Of a stretch of DNA of 64,000 nucleotides, positions 13,078 through 27,866 are shown in pieces. The notes below the pieces were generated by a model that had not been told where the DNA came from, did not search any database, and was given only the letters and a program-made list of their open reading frames with translations. Each line of letters opens with the position of its first letter. The first letter of the stretch is position 1. The position numbers were made by a program, and so were the translations under genes. The stretch lies in the NCBI GenBank assembly GCA_964016885.1, contig OZ024742.1, forward strand, positions 302,994,001 to 303,058,000, in the 5' to 3' direction. Source of the DNA: Eledone cirrhosa (lineage: Eukaryota).

Positions 13078-13822
13078 AATAATGTATATTGTAGAATTTC
13101 ATATACTTAATATATCGAGTAAAAATATTTAAAACAGCTGAAAGTATCTACTCAGATTTTCCGCATATGTGTGTTCTAGTCCAGAAACAACTAGTTGACG
13201 CATCAGTAGTCTGATAATTTAGTCAGAGTGTCGCATAATATATTGTATGATAATTCTTCTGACTTGCTGAGAACTTAACAATCTAATATGAAGAAGGTAA
13301 GAACAGACCTTAAGGTAAGATATTCTGCTTGAAGTCATACATTTCGGCTCAGGTTAATAATAATTGGAAAATAACATAGATTTCCAATAGACCCCTTTCA
13401 ATATTCCTATAAATATAAATTCGTTCTACATCAAACACACCAATAGATTTTCAATGGGAATATGTGACAAGATTCAAGAATTTCAAGATGGCATCCATAT
13501 GGAATTGCACCCATTTCTGTATACATGAATAAACCTTACAGCTGCAGCTAAAACACCCACAGATATAGCTTGTAATTTACGATAGTGACTAAAATGTTTC
13601 CGTGGCCGAACAAGAGAAGCACATGTAATGCGATTCACTTTGTAATTTCCAATACATATGTTGACATATGAATATTCAATCTGATATTTATTTCCACACT
13701 GTGCTGTATTTGATGAACTTGATAGATGTGTAAATATTTGATCTGTTTTTTTTTCTATAAAAGGATGAGCATTAGAATACAGAAATGAGTGTATGTACAT
13801 ATATATATATAAGGATCGTGAG

Positions 13823-13860
<38 letters not shown>

Positions 13861-13945
13861 CACACACACACATATATATATATACATATATATATACACA
13901 TATATATATATACATATATATGTATATATATGCATATATATAAAT

Positions 13946-13980
<35 letters not shown>

Positions 13981-13983
<3 letters not shown>

Positions 13984-14698
13984 CAACTAGAAATAGATTG
14001 ACATATATATATATATATATATATATAAAATAAACATATGGAACAATCACAGAGAATAATTTGTAAAGTATGTAAGCGCACATAGCTAGGTAGGTAACCA
14101 ATTAATTTAACTAGAACTTCAAATATAGATACCTTTAAAAATGATTAATCTCCTTTGTATATATTTCCTTAAATAAAAAATATATTTCACCAATTAATCA
14201 GTAAATCACAGTAGTAAAATCCTGGATGGTCACCCTTAATTTAATTTTGGATATATATACGGCCCCTTAATTGTAGAGCTAACTCAGTTGAATGGACTCG
14301 GCTGCTATTTCTTGTTGTCGATAATCCTTTTCACGCCACTGGGATGACGCTGTGCGATGTGTGTATTTTTAAAAAATGCCACACGTGGTTCGAGTCATTC
14401 ACAGATTTGCATTTGCTTTGTAAACGTAGATAGTTGGATCTTCTCCTTTGGTGACCATCCAGGATTTGACTACTGTGACTTACTGATTAATTGGTGAAAT
14501 ATATTTTTTATTTAAGGAAATATATGCAAAGGAGATTAATCATTTTAAAAGGTACCTATATTTGAAGTTCTAGTTAAACTTTAATTGGTTACCTACCTAG
14601 TTATGTGTGCTTACATTCTTTATAAATTATTCCCTGTGATTGTTCCATATGTTTATTATATGTATATATATATATGTCAATCTATTTCTAGTTGATAT
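13981..14698. repeat. ~250-bp inverted repeat with ~215-bp spacer
   Basis: 13981-14234 is the imperfect reverse complement of 14450-14698. Confidence 0.85.
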
Positions 14699-14813
14699 GA
14701 AATGCACGGATCTATTCATTGGAATCTTTGAGCTTATTCTGCAGTGGATATGGCGCATGTCTCTCAGACATGGCAACCCTTAATTTAATTTTGAATATAT
14801 ATATATATATATA

Positions 14814-14847
14814 CTGATGATTTCTCACGAATGAAACAGTTCTAGTC
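14814..14847 (+). ncRNA. 5'-truncated hammerhead motif
   Basis: CTGATGA-t-ttc(tcac)gaa-t-GAAAC-agttcta-GTC. The 5' strand of stem I is replaced by (TA)n. Confidence 0.5.
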
Positions 14848-15612
14848 CTGTAGAAGCTTTTCTATATTAAACACGTATACTCTACTATGTATTGAGTACC
14901 TAACTTACTGTGGTTACCTCCGATTGAACCTGGAATAACTTATATTATATATATATATATATATATACACATACATATATATATAAATATCCGTGTGTGT
15001 GTTAGTATGTGTGCACACGTGTGTTTACGTGCTGGGGATTGTGTCTATAAAAATAAAATAGGAATCAATCAGGTATTTGTAGAAAATCTGTATTCCCTGT
15101 GGTGATATCCCAAGACCATTTAGAAAATACACTGACTTGTTTCCTCAAATCCTTTGAGAATACCTTCATGGCTATTAGGCTATTACTTTAGTAAAATGTA
15201 ATTGACTCACTGTTTTGGAAAAAAAACTAGATATTTTTCAAAACAAAAAACGAACGTATGTGTTATTTTTGTTTTTCTAAAAAGTCTTTTGGGGATAGTC
15301 AAAATAATTATTTACTATCGAATGACACCTGCGCAACTAGACTTCTTGAATGATGAGTTACATTTTGTTATAAAAGTGAAATAAAACATCAATGGTGATT
15401 TTTCTTCAATATTCACTTCATACCTTTAATATATTTCCCCCTTATTTCTTTTTTACTCCTCATTTTTTCGTCTTCAACTTCTTTCAACACTTCAAGTAGA
15501 TTTTGATTTGTTTTTCAAGAAAAACGATCGATTAGACATGACAAAAAAATAGTTTAGTACGAGTTGGGAATACTTCGATTTCATTCTCAGTATATATAAA
15601 TAAATAAACATG

Positions 15613-15685
15613 TATTGGGTCGTCAAGTATGAGATTTGTAGGAATTTATTTTTTTTCTACATATTTCATACTTGACGACCCAATA
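15613..15685. mobile_element. Mariner-type mini-MITE (hairpin)
   Basis: TA-ttgggtcgtcaagtatgag...ttcatacttgacgacccaa-TA. Confidence 0.6.
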
Positions 15686-15901
15686 CATGTGTGAGCGCAC
15701 GAATATATGTAGAAGAGAGTTGGGGTGCAACGGGTGAACTCTTGCCGTTTCAACAGCCAATTTCAGACTGGAATTTGCTGGCAAAACCGGTCAGAAATCA
15801 GTCGTCGGGCACTGACTTTCTATTATATTTACACTTTATTATTCCAAATATCGAATAATTTGTTGAATTATCTCTTAATATGTTAATACGGTATAATCCT
15901 A

Positions 15902-15955
<54 letters not shown>

Positions 15956-16092
15956 ATCTATATATATCGATCAATCTATTTCAATCTATGTATCTATTTC
16001 TTTCTCTCTCTCTCTCAGTGGATTTACGTGAGTCTCTCAATTCATTTTAAACTTGAATCTTTGCATTATAACACTCGCATTATTGGAAAATG

Positions 16093-16443
<351 letters not shown>

Positions 16444-16456
16444 TATATTAAATTTG

Positions 16457-16531
<75 letters not shown>

Positions 16532-16557
16532 TGTTATATATATATATATATATATAT

Positions 16558-17416
16558 AGTTTCTACATGCTGTTCAAATGTTGGATAAATACACTATTGG
16601 GGTCACCGCGAAGAGGCCGCTTTCGGTTATTTGTCTAAAATTTCTTCATAGGAGCCTTTATTCTTATAGCCTGGTCTAATTGATTTTTTATATGGTTAAT
16701 TATGCTAATTGGGAGAGGAAATGGTATATATTTTATCTAATAATTCTAAGGACATGATTTATGATATATTGCTCTGATTATTTAATTTATTAATTCTTCA
16801 TTGAGCCACAACGTGACCGGTTGCCACATATATATCTATGACTTTATGTATATGTAAATCTTTATATTTAATAATCTCCCGTTAGGTTGAGATACAATTA
16901 GGCGATATGGGCTGCGCTTTCTAGCAACAAGCCTATCCGCCGTAAGCAACTAATCACATTCTTTCTAACTTGACCACTGACACGTCACGATTCTTAGCCA
17001 TTTTTAAATCTATTTTTGGCGCGATCACTTTGAAAAATTAACTGTCCAATCTTGAGTTTTCTCCTGATGAGTCTGTTACTCTGGATACATCCCAATAATA
17101 GGATATCTAAAAATACGGACGAAACCATGGTAGAGATATAATTACGGTATGTACACATTTCTCCTAAGTTTGAATTTACACCTAATTGTGTATGGTTGAC
17201 GGTATATTTAGTCAGTTTCTACATGCTGTTGAAATGTTGGATAAATACTCTATTGGGGTCACCGCGAAGAGGCCGCTTTCGGTTATTTGTCGAAAATTTC
17301 TTCATAGGAGCCTTTATTCTTATAGCCTGATCTAATTGATTTTTATATGGTTAATTATGCTAATTTGGAGAGGAAATGGTATATATTTTATCTAATAATT
17401 CTAAGGACATGATTTA

Positions 17417-17420
<4 letters not shown>
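16558..17420 (+). mobile_element. 1.3 copies of a 656-bp hammerhead-bearing unit (pLTR/retrozyme-like)
   Basis: Sequence from 16558 restarts at 17214. Flanked by (TA)n. Homologous to 35801-37132 on the opposite strand. Confidence 0.75.
17060..17136 (+). ncRNA. Type I hammerhead ribozyme with long stem II
   Basis: tctc-CTGATGA-gtctgt..(internal atcc/ggat hairpin)..acggac-GAAA-ccatgg-TA-gaga. Stem III palindrome ACCATGGT, triplet GUA. Confidence 0.85.
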
Positions 17421-17475
<55 letters not shown>

Positions 17476-17972
17476 AATATGTAGGAAGCTCCAGCGTAGA
17501 AAATAATTGCAATAACAGTCAGTTGCAATAAGATAGCTTATAAAAATTGGGGAAAGACCCTTAGAGACAGAAAAATGTTGTTAGCGGCCGCTACTATGAA
17601 TCGTACTGCGTATCTCCCATATATCGGTTAGGCACTGTTACTATTGAGTTAAGGGACTTCTGACAACGATATACCCTCTACATTTAGGAGCTTGTCATCA
17701 ATTTAATTCCTTGGCGCTTTGTAGTTTCGAAAATTCGAACTTCACATACGACTTTTACTTATATTTTCAAAAGCTGTTTGATTAAGCTCCTTAGTTTATA
17801 CAGTAGTAAATTCGAAAGTTCAAGCTTCAAACACGACGTTTTATATATATAAATATATATATAAATATATATATATATAGAGAGAGAGAAAGCGTGAGAG
17901 AGAGAAAGAAAGAGATGGCGAGAGAGAGAAAGAGATAGAGGGAAATAGATAGATATATAAAATAAAATTACT

Positions 17973-18039
<67 letters not shown>

Positions 18040-18399
18040 CTTTTGAATGTACACCGACTGAACTAATATTGAATTTTAAATATATTGAAGCATAATCTCA
18101 CAGGGAATTATTTCTGATATTGGAACTTTAATGAAGTATGAAAAATCATTGCTTTGAACTTAGAGTTATTTATATAAAGATCTACAATGAGGCATATGAT
18201 TCAATGATACACTTTACGGTCATTTTCTCATGTGTTAGGCAAATTGTTTGCGGTTCAGAATTAATGATTGTGGTATTCCGTCCGGTTCTTTACATTTTGA
18301 ATTGAAATCCTGTAGTGGTCAAATTTGACTTTCATCCAATCTAGCTCAATAAATATAGTACTCGTGTGATAAATTGATGTAGCTGTTAGAACAGTGCCA

Positions 18400-18760
18400 G
18401 CTCTCTGTGATCTGCGTTAAAATTATCCCTCCACTGAATACAACGTGGAACACAGGCCCTTTCTCAGCTCTAAGGAATTCCTCCTTCCTTGCTCCAGTGA
18501 TGTCTGGCCCTTCTAGTCATGCCCGAATTGCCTCCAAACAGCTGTTGGTCGCTGCAGAGCCAACCTTCGGAAATGGATGTTTGCCACTGATGATGATTCT
18601 AATTGCATATGTGGGCATTTACAAACTATGGAGCACCTTCTAGTTTGCTCCAATCTTGAAGATTCATGCACACTTAACGACCTTGAAACCTTAACACCCC
18701 AGGAATGGCTCTGTGTGCAAGACTGGATGGGTGTAGTGTAGCGACTTGATAAGAAGAAGA
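18400..18760 (+). mobile_element. Ingi/Vingi-like LINE 3' fragment
   Basis: The frame from 18481 reads TAVGRCRANLRKW..CICGHLQTMEHLLVC (CCHC knuckle), ending in gacttgataagaagaaga. Confidence 0.6.
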
Positions 18761-21171
18761 CCGAATAAAGTGTTGGTCACAGACATATATCATTAGCAAA
18801 TTAGAGAATAAGGGAAAGACCAATGGAAACACAGTTTCCTCGCTCCGCTTTGGAAGATTGTCTTCTTTCAATTTTAGTTTTCTCTTTTTATAATTCTTTG
18901 AAAACTTATCCTTTGTATGGTTTTATTGAATGTAGCCAATGGCCAGCGGTCATACAAGGGAACCACCTTAAAGAAAGTCTACCTCAGTTTCCCATATTGT
19001 TAGTTGCTATCAATAGTAATTATGCGTATTTTGCTCAATATTCTATTTACCTAGCAAAGCATGTTATTGAGACGGGATTTCAATGTTTTCTATTTCACTC
19101 CAGGTCTGTCCTGATTCAGAAGACTTCATTATCAAACGCCTTTCAAATATGACCGTTCTGTTTTGATTTTCTATTATAACAGGAACTAAAAAATCTATTA
19201 CAGATGATATATTATTTTGTACGCTTTGAAGGAATATTGGTTGATTCTTTCAGGAGGTCAAGCAAAGAGCTTAGAGGCTCCTTTATTCTGTTTTAGTGTT
19301 TTGTACATGATTAAGTAGAAAATAAAGACACGGGATTTGAAATCACATATCCTTCAATCGGCCAGCGGCTTATTCTGTCTACCTTGAATATAGAACAGTA
19401 AATTTAATGGAAGTCTATTGCAATGAACATTATGTTTTCACTGTTGGTTTAATCTCACACTATGTCATGGTTCACCATTATTGATGTCCGTCTAATGGAA
19501 CACTATCGGTAGATTTCCCATAGGGAAAAAAGACTCCTCGATTTTGTCTGTTTTTGTGTGCTTGTTTCTTCTTCTCTCATGTCGATATGGTGTCAGCTAA
19601 ACAGGACATTTGTCACATCAGCCGAACCACCATTGACTGCCTTTTCGAATTGTATCAATAATGTAACAGAAGTCAAATATCTAACTGACATGTCTCAGTT
19701 GCAATGACGCTAAGTGGACTGGTAACTGTGAAACAAGATTGTTTTTATAATTAAATGTATGTATTTATTTATGCATCTATTTACGGAGATATCGATTATT
19801 TTACGACCAGTGTCACCTTCTGAACATTCCAATTTTGATATTTTGTTTCATTTTGGTTATTTAGCCATGTTTATATACCTTCGGGGGTTTTCCTCGAAAA
19901 TTCACAGTCAAGTACGAAACATCCGTACGAGAATTTGCCATTTGCTAAACCTATTTATAATCTCCAGTCATTCAAACGTTTCCCGTTAAAAGCTCTGCGG
20001 TACTGTTCATCATTTAGCCTTAGAAATAATGATTTCTTTATTAGCCGCAACGGTGTGCACATAGAATATAGTCTAAATTATACACACCGGGATTACATTG
20101 CATGTGGGGCTGGACAAATCATACACACGATAGATTAATTTGATATAATATGAACTAAGTGTTAACTTATAAAACATATAATAATTAAGACAAGTTATGA
20201 TATAAAACTTTAAAAAGTTTAGTGTTACGTACTAACATGCAGTCTGAAACCAACTAGTAATTCAAATCAGAACACGCCACCTATCTATTCGTCCACCGCG
20301 CATCATATACTTTCTCGGGATCATCGAAATAATTTCATCGGCGGGCAGCTACATCAACAAAAACACCCACATTGTCTGGCCAGAAGTATTTTATCATTTC
20401 GTATACTTCGTTTGTTGTTAGAAGCAAGACCCTATCATCCAGGAAATCTCGGAAGCAATCCTTTATATCTGAGTCTGTCCACATATTGCGTGAGTGTTCT
20501 TCCTCCAATTCAAACAATCTGATAAGCAACGAGCTTTTATTTCAGGCAACCACGTCTTCGTTTGAAGATTTCTGATAGAGCATGGATTATTTCTGTTTCT
20601 TCATTTCTGTTCTACTCCTGTTGCAAAAGTCCACCAGCTTTCGTCAACCTCTATTTCGTCGTCATCACCACCAGTAGATGAGGCGGTGCTCTTATGAGAA
20701 CCAATTTCTGCATCTTTCACAGAGCGGAAGATAGGAACTGGTGGAATGATTTATGGTGCTACAAGAACAGTAACCCCAGGAAATTGTTTATTACTTCGCT
20801 GGAAACACACAAATGGCTTTTAATTCCACAAAGGTAACACCAGATATTTCTGACAAGCACCATCTGACATATTGCTTTTAATTCTGTACCCATACCAGGC
20901 CCGAGTTTTGGAATAAACCTTGTGATATTGGGAGGAGGGTGTCTTGAATGCAGACAAGTATATTCTGACGCCTCCCAGACACATATTTTGTTTATTACTT
21001 AAACACTGACTACAATCCAACACAAAGACAATTACGAGAGAATCAATGTTATTAGCTATACCTGTAACTGTTATTAATGTGTTGCTCCTCCTTACATAGT
21101 GGGGTACAAACTTGTGGTTCAATATATTGAATACTTTTTGACTTTCAACAAACAGCGAAAGTATTCAATAA

Positions 21172-21630
21172 TAATGATTTCTACTATAGCCACAAGGCCA
21201 ATAATTTGGAGGGAAGGGAAAGTCGATTAAATTTACCCCAGTACGTTACTGGTGCTTTATTTTATCGACCCCGTAAGGATGAAAGGCAAATCTAACCTCG
21301 GCGGGATTTGAACTCAAACCATAAAGGACCATAAATCTATGCTGCAAATCATGGTGTCCGACGCTCTACCGATTCTGCCAATCCACCACACTACTGGTAG
21401 TAGTAGTAGTAGTAGTGATAATGATTTCTACTATAGGCACAAGGCCAGCAATTTGGGGAAGCGGAAAGTCGATTAAATGGATCCCACTGCATTACTGGCG
21501 CTTTATTTTATCGACCTCGTAAGGATGAAAAGCAAAGGTAACCTCAGCGGGATTTTAACTCAGAACGTAAAGGGCCATAACGCTATACTGCAATGCATGA
21601 TGTCAGATGCTCTACCGATAATGCCAGTCC
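21172..21630 (-). mobile_element. Two stacked SINE copies
   Basis: Same SINE core as 7221-7985. Confidence 0.85.
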
Positions 21631-21632
21631 AA

Positions 21633-21667
<35 letters not shown>

Positions 21668-22689
21668 ATAATAATAATGGTAATAATAATGGCGGTGGTG
21701 CTGCTGGTAATGATTTCTTAATCGCACCGATTCCAAAGATATCTGTTTGAGTATATGTGTGTGTGTGTGTGTGAATGTCCGTGATCATGAGAGGACTTGG
21801 GCGCACGTGTGCAAACATACACATGTGTGTGTGTGTGAGGTGTGTGTGTGTGGTGTGTGTGTGTGGTGTGTGTGTGAGGTGTGTGAGAAGTGTGTGTGTG
21901 GTGTGTGTGAGGTGTGTGTAGATGTAAGCATAAAGGTGTGCATGTGTATGTGTGTGTCGGTTATACTTAGAGATACTTATGTATGAGCTTGTATACGTAT
22001 GCTATGTGTGTGTTTAAGTATGTGTATGTATTTACACGTTTTCTAAAGGATAGTGTTACTCAATTTCAACGGTAGTGACCCACTTTCTGATTGTCAGCGA
22101 TCAGAAAATGGATCTTATGGTGTAAATGTTCAATTGTTATAGTTTCATTATATTAATTTTTTTTGTACTTCATTTAATTATTTTAGTGGTGTTGTATTGC
22201 TGTTATCTATTCTTTTTCCTATTTGTGTTGTTTTCCTATATACTTTATGTTCTATATTTCGTTTTAAACTTTATCATAAAATCTGTTACGCCTCTGGGGG
22301 ACCAGATTTACTTCTCACTAAATGAGAATTAGTTTGTCTCCAGTTATATTCTTATGGTGATTTTGAGGTAGGGTCTAGTAAAATATGTTTATCGCAAGAA
22401 ATCATACACCTCTTGGGACTATATATGGATTTTATAATTTATTTAGCAAAGTAGATGTTAAAGCCATTTCATGTTCAGATGTTTATCATATATATCAACA
22501 ACCATGGTATTAGCTCTTGTCATTGTAGGATGTTTTACGTTTCATTTTTCATAATGTTCACGAATACAATTAAAATTCATTGACCACGTTAGATTTTTAG
22601 GTTCAGAGGATTGATACAGCTTTTCTTTGTAAATGTTATCGTGATTTGTTCATCTAATGTAATAAATATCTAGATCACTAGATCAATTG

Positions 22690-23030
22690 CTGTTTGTGGT
22701 GTCTCAACGAGAGCCTCAGTAATTTTCTGAGTATACAGAACAATATTAATAAGAGAGCAATTTGTGATTCGAGGTCTACTTTCTTAAGATACCTTCTCAA
22801 TTTCAATTGTTTCCAACTCAAAGCTCCTTTGATAAATGGAAATATCATGTTGCCAGGTGATATTAAATACATACGATTTCGATTTTAAAGTTAGTATATT
22901 TTATTATTTTTTCAATGTTGTGGTCTCTTGTGGTGGTATCGTCAATACTCTGATATTGAAGCCCATTTCTGAGCATAAATACATCAGGTGCCCATTTGGA
23001 TAGCGAAGTCCCACAGTATCTTTAAATCTG
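22690..23030 (-). mobile_element. Highly decayed R4/Dong-type RLE C-terminal remnant
   Basis: Fragments KILWDFAIQ, DHNIEK..KY and PFIKGAL..ILRKLL. Confidence 0.45.
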
Positions 23031-23371
23031 TAACCAAACACATCTTTTTAGATAAAAATGTACCACTTATCGGACACCAGATATCTATATTTATTTGTAC
23101 TTTGACAAGTGAAGTTACATACAGACCTTGTCACGACTCTTTATATACTCCTAGTTAATATTTGAATGTTTTCATTTCTTAAAAAAACAACAACTTTGTT
23201 AAAGAAATGTTCGTTTATAATTATGGCGGTAGAATGAATCGAGGAATAGGGGAATTGAAAATAAAACACCTGAGTAATATAAATGGCAAACTGTTGTATA
23301 GTTAATTTATTGTTTGATATTTAGTGAGTCAAACTGTTGTAGAATTTTAGAAGTTATACCTACTTGAAGTG

Positions 23372-23640
23372 GAGGTAGCATGATCGAATGTTTAAGAAGT
23401 TTGTGTCGTACTCATTAGATACCGGGCTCGATTCATTGCCTGGAAACTAGGGCTACTTCCATAGAGTCGATACATGCCTTGTGAATGAAGTTGGGCAGAT
23501 GGAAACTGTTTGGAAAACCGTCGGAAGACCGTACTTGTAATTCAAAGAGCCAGCCTTGTCACACTGTGTGACGCCGAATTTCCCTGAGGATTATGCTAAG
23601 GGTACACGGGTTAGTCAAATGCGCATCCAATTTCAGATTA
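23372..23640 (+). mobile_element. Diverged tRNA-derived SINE (second family); related copy at about 26180-26470
   Basis: A/B-box-like head, with ttgtga..gaa(g)cccgtcgg and aatytccctg segments shared between the two copies. Confidence 0.45.
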
Positions 23641-23883
23641 ATTTCACAGTAGTGCTTCTCCGGGATTGCTTTAGATCTATTTCACTAATTAAATCAAAAG
23701 ACAAAAAATATTGAATGAATTAGAGAATAAAATAATTCACTTTCTCAGGAAATTATTTTAATCAAATGATACAAGAAAGATGTATTTATTCTGGCATGAA
23801 GCGGATACACACGTTTCTCGTACGAAATATATTTTTAAATGTATCTTTATAGAGAGAAAATATTATTTCGATTTCAATGCCCC

Positions 23884-23914
<31 letters not shown>

Positions 23915-25625
23915 AAACACAATGATTGTACTGCAAACTCATAGCATGCATTACAAAAAATCACAGTTCATTAATCTTTAGAAATATCAGAGAGAATTTG
24001 GTGAAAGCTGAAGAGAGGAGGCAGAATAAATTAGATTTACTAACAATTTAATCAAAAATATTAAATAACATGGGAAACTATTTACATATCTATTTTCTGC
24101 AGAAATTATGATTAGGCTTTATATATATATGTATATATAAATGAATAAACAAGAGAGATGAACACTAATATAAACATACATGTGTTCGAATTGTAAGGAC
24201 TAGTTTTGCTAGGGTGAAAAAATACTAACTACAGCAATATGGTTTGTCAGACTTAATTTTAAGTAGTAAATTAAGAAAAATAACAGACCTATATTGGGCA
24301 AAATGCCTGGTAACAACTAGAAAGTTTTGGGAACTGTTTCGCAGCATCTTATTAAGTGAAGTCCACGCTTTTCCCTGCTCCTCAGTAGTTGTTGAGAAAT
24401 TAGCGATCCATTCACTTCTAAAAATATTAGTAGACTGAAAATTGTGCTATAAGACTTATACCACGTGTCTTCGGAACCCAGCTTGACTCGAAATCCCATG
24501 CCGCTAAAAATAACAGCCTGGTTAACAAGACTGTAAGAGACTACTCTGAGTTTCTAACTCACTATATATATATGTATATCTATATTTGCTTTCGGTAATC
24601 GAAATATTGTTAATTGAGGTTAAAGTGCTAGAAGATGTCGAGAACCAATTTAAACAGCAATTTGAAGGCATGGAGGAAAAACGGAATATGCAATATATTA
24701 TGCGAAGAAAATACCAGATAATTACTGTCTGCGCAATTTAGTCTGGTGGTTATGAAATCGAGAACTGGGGTTAAATGGCGTTGATATCTAAAATTTCAAC
24801 TTAGTCATAGAAGTAAAGATATATCCATGTTAGCATATTTTGAATTAAATTAGAAGAAAGTAACTCATGATATCTCTTCACCGAAAGAGTGGTGATTTTA
24901 AATAATAAAATGTAACTGATATGTAATGAGAACTAGCGACAAGTTATCGTATAATATAATTATATCTTTGAACTAAAATGAAATAATTTTGTGAATGATA
25001 TGGAATGAACATTACATGAAGTGAAATAGTGTCGATGTTCTAGTGTAGCAGCAGATAGAATTATTTACTAATATCGTTGTAGATTGGAGAATTTAAGGAA
25101 GTGTAGGTAGTGTCGATAAATCGAAGCGTAAGATGACGTAATTTTTCTTGCAGGAGCCTATACATAGATTTACACAGTTCGAACTACGCTCAAGGTTCAA
25201 CAAACTAAGTCTACAACTTCGTCTCCATGTAACTAGGTTTTACTGCCTGACAACTGTATTACATAAAAGCATGTTTTAACTAATTTACTGCTCGGAATAC
25301 TCGTGCCAATAATTGCGTGATGGTATCATTGCGTAATAAAGACTAACACCAAAGAAACTTTCATTAAAGCAAATTACGCAATAAAGCGAATTATGGAAAT
25401 CTAGGCATCGTATTCATTATTATTGTACGTATACCCCACCGTGAAATAGCCAGTTGATTCAACACCAATATTGGAAAGATGCTTGACGTTGAGTGCTTCA
25501 TCCTTGTTCTATTACTTATTGACTGGAGTGATACAAACACAACGCCAACCACCATTTGAACAGCATTAATTGAAACAATATATAGGAGTATATATACATA
25601 TATATAGATGGACACACACACATAC

Positions 25626-25665
<40 letters not shown>

Positions 25666-26539
25666 CTATATCTATATATATGTATGTGTGTTTGTGTGTG
25701 TGTGTGTGTAGGCGTGTTTGTGTATGTGTATACATACATAAATATAGGTTTTTGTTCGATACTGCTGAATTAGTCCATTATACTTTATTTGTCTGGTTAT
25801 CAAAATGGAAATTCAGGTCAAAGCAAAGATTTGTTTCGATATTGTATAAACTTCAGTCGAGGTGAAAAAGTTACTCTTGTGAATGAAACATAGTTTCATC
25901 AAGTTGATTTTGTGTAGAAATTTCATTCACGGATATATTTACATCTTTTAACCTCTGCTAAAAACCACAGAATGCTTCACCTTTATCACTGATTTTAGCA
26001 CTATAACTTCATTCAAAAATATCTGATTCAATACTTCGAATAAATGGAGAATAGTTATTTGCGCAATCAGTATTGAATTTTTATAGGATAACTTATAATA
26101 TACATCTAGAGAAGTCTAAATATCAAATGTGAATATTTGTATTTGTGTTCTTTTGCATTCTCTCACTGATTTATAGTGGCCCCAGCATGGTCGCATGTTT
26201 AATAAGTTTTCGTTGCAAACATTATGTCACGGCTCCGATACCAGTTCGTCGCATCTGGATTCAAAATTTGTGAGTAAAATTGAAAAAGACGAAAAATGTT
26301 TAGAAGCCCGTCGGATGGATTGCAACTATAATTCAACGAACCAGAGGTGTCATATACCGTGTAATCAGAATCTCCCTGGGAATTACGTTACAGTTAGACG
26401 GATCTGTCTAACTCACAGTCACACATTAATTTCATGAAGAAGCTGTTCCGTTGAACAAAAAACTGGAATGCACATCGCCCAAAACAGACGGAGGTCCATT
26501 CTTTTAGAAAGTAAAGTGGAGTATATATATATATTGCTT

Positions 26540-26740
26540 TGGCCCCACTCGGTCACGAATGACCATGGTTTTGCACCTAGAAAGTTTCCCTCTGAGGCAC
26601 AAGCCTGGGCAAGTTTGTTTTTGTGGAACACCAGCAGTCTCCCCTCTCGACGCCACCCATGTTATCCAAGGGAAAGGCAATGACCGATACAGTTAGGCAC
26701 CCGTGACGTCGCAACTCATTTCTACAGCTGAGTAAACTGG
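26540..26740 (-). mobile_element. SINE 3' portion; same tail also at 2478-2540
   Basis: Shared gtcacgaatgaccatggtt.tgcacctagaaagttt.yctcygaggca segment. Confidence 0.5.
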
Positions 26741-26881
26741 GTAAACGTTTCTTTTATATTCAATTATAATATACGGCTCGGAAAAATCTCTTTCCTAGAT
26801 CTATTTTATTGTAAGAGACTACTTTGTGTCTCTAACTTAATATATACCTTTGGTATATATATATATATATACATGTATATA

Positions 26882-27137
26882 TATAAACGTTTGTATATAT
26901 ATAATAAAGCCAAAACAATGCAGGTATGGACATAGAATAAAGAATGCAAATGCAAAAGATATTGTTGACAATTAGTCTTTTACCTTAGATTTATTTAAAT
27001 GTCCTAAATTTTCGAGATAATATCTCTTCTTCAGATAGAAGTAAAGCTGTCAAACAATATCTTTTGCATTTGCATTCTTTATTCTATGTCCATACCTGCC
27101 TTGTTTTGGCTTTATTATACATATACAAACGTTTATA
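26882..27137. repeat. ~90-bp inverted repeat enclosing a degenerate hammerhead core
   Basis: 26882-26970 matches 27048-27137 inverted. The spacer on the minus strand reads CTGAAGA-a-gagat(att)atctc-GAAA-att-TA, with poor proximal stem I. Confidence 0.7.
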
Positions 27138-27175
27138 CCTCATTACACAATGCTTCAAGTGAACTATTACCTCCT

Positions 27176-27239
<64 letters not shown>

Positions 27240-27287
27240 TATGTATGTATACGTACATACATATATGTATACAGACGTACAGTAGCA

Positions 27288-27362
<75 letters not shown>

Positions 27363-27524
27363 GCATACAGGTACACATACATATATGCACGCATCAGTTT
27401 AGCCGACGTTTATTATAACGCCAGCCGCTTTGTTCGTTTGTTTGTCAACAAACCGAACAGCCTGAATTTATGCCATACGGTGTTAAGGCAACCACGTCAC
27501 CTTTTTGTTCAACACTGACACAGG

Positions 27525-27569
27525 AACGATGTACTAGTTTCATGCTTGTTAGCTATCATCAGCACCGTT
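27525..27569 (-). ncRNA. Hammerhead ribozyme in the inverted array unit
   Basis: Reverse complement of the array motif, with one stem II substitution (agct to agca). Confidence 0.8.
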
Positions 27570-27803
27570 TACCCATCTGCCAGATAGTTGAACGTTCGAA
27601 AGTATATACTTTCCTTATGAAAATTAACGGCTGAGCAGCCTAATTTGCATATTGAGTGAGTTAAATCGGTCAGGCATACCGAAAACGATAAGTTGAAAAA
27701 AATGAAAACGAAATTTCATTTCTCACTCTTAGTATGGCACTTACTTAAATGTAAGTATGTATGTATACGTTCATACATATGTGTATACAGACGTACAGTA
27801 GCA

Positions 27804-27866
<63 letters not shown>

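Noticed and set aside
24250-24530. Possible CR1/L2 RT remnant
   Set aside because: Only two or three weak motif fragments.
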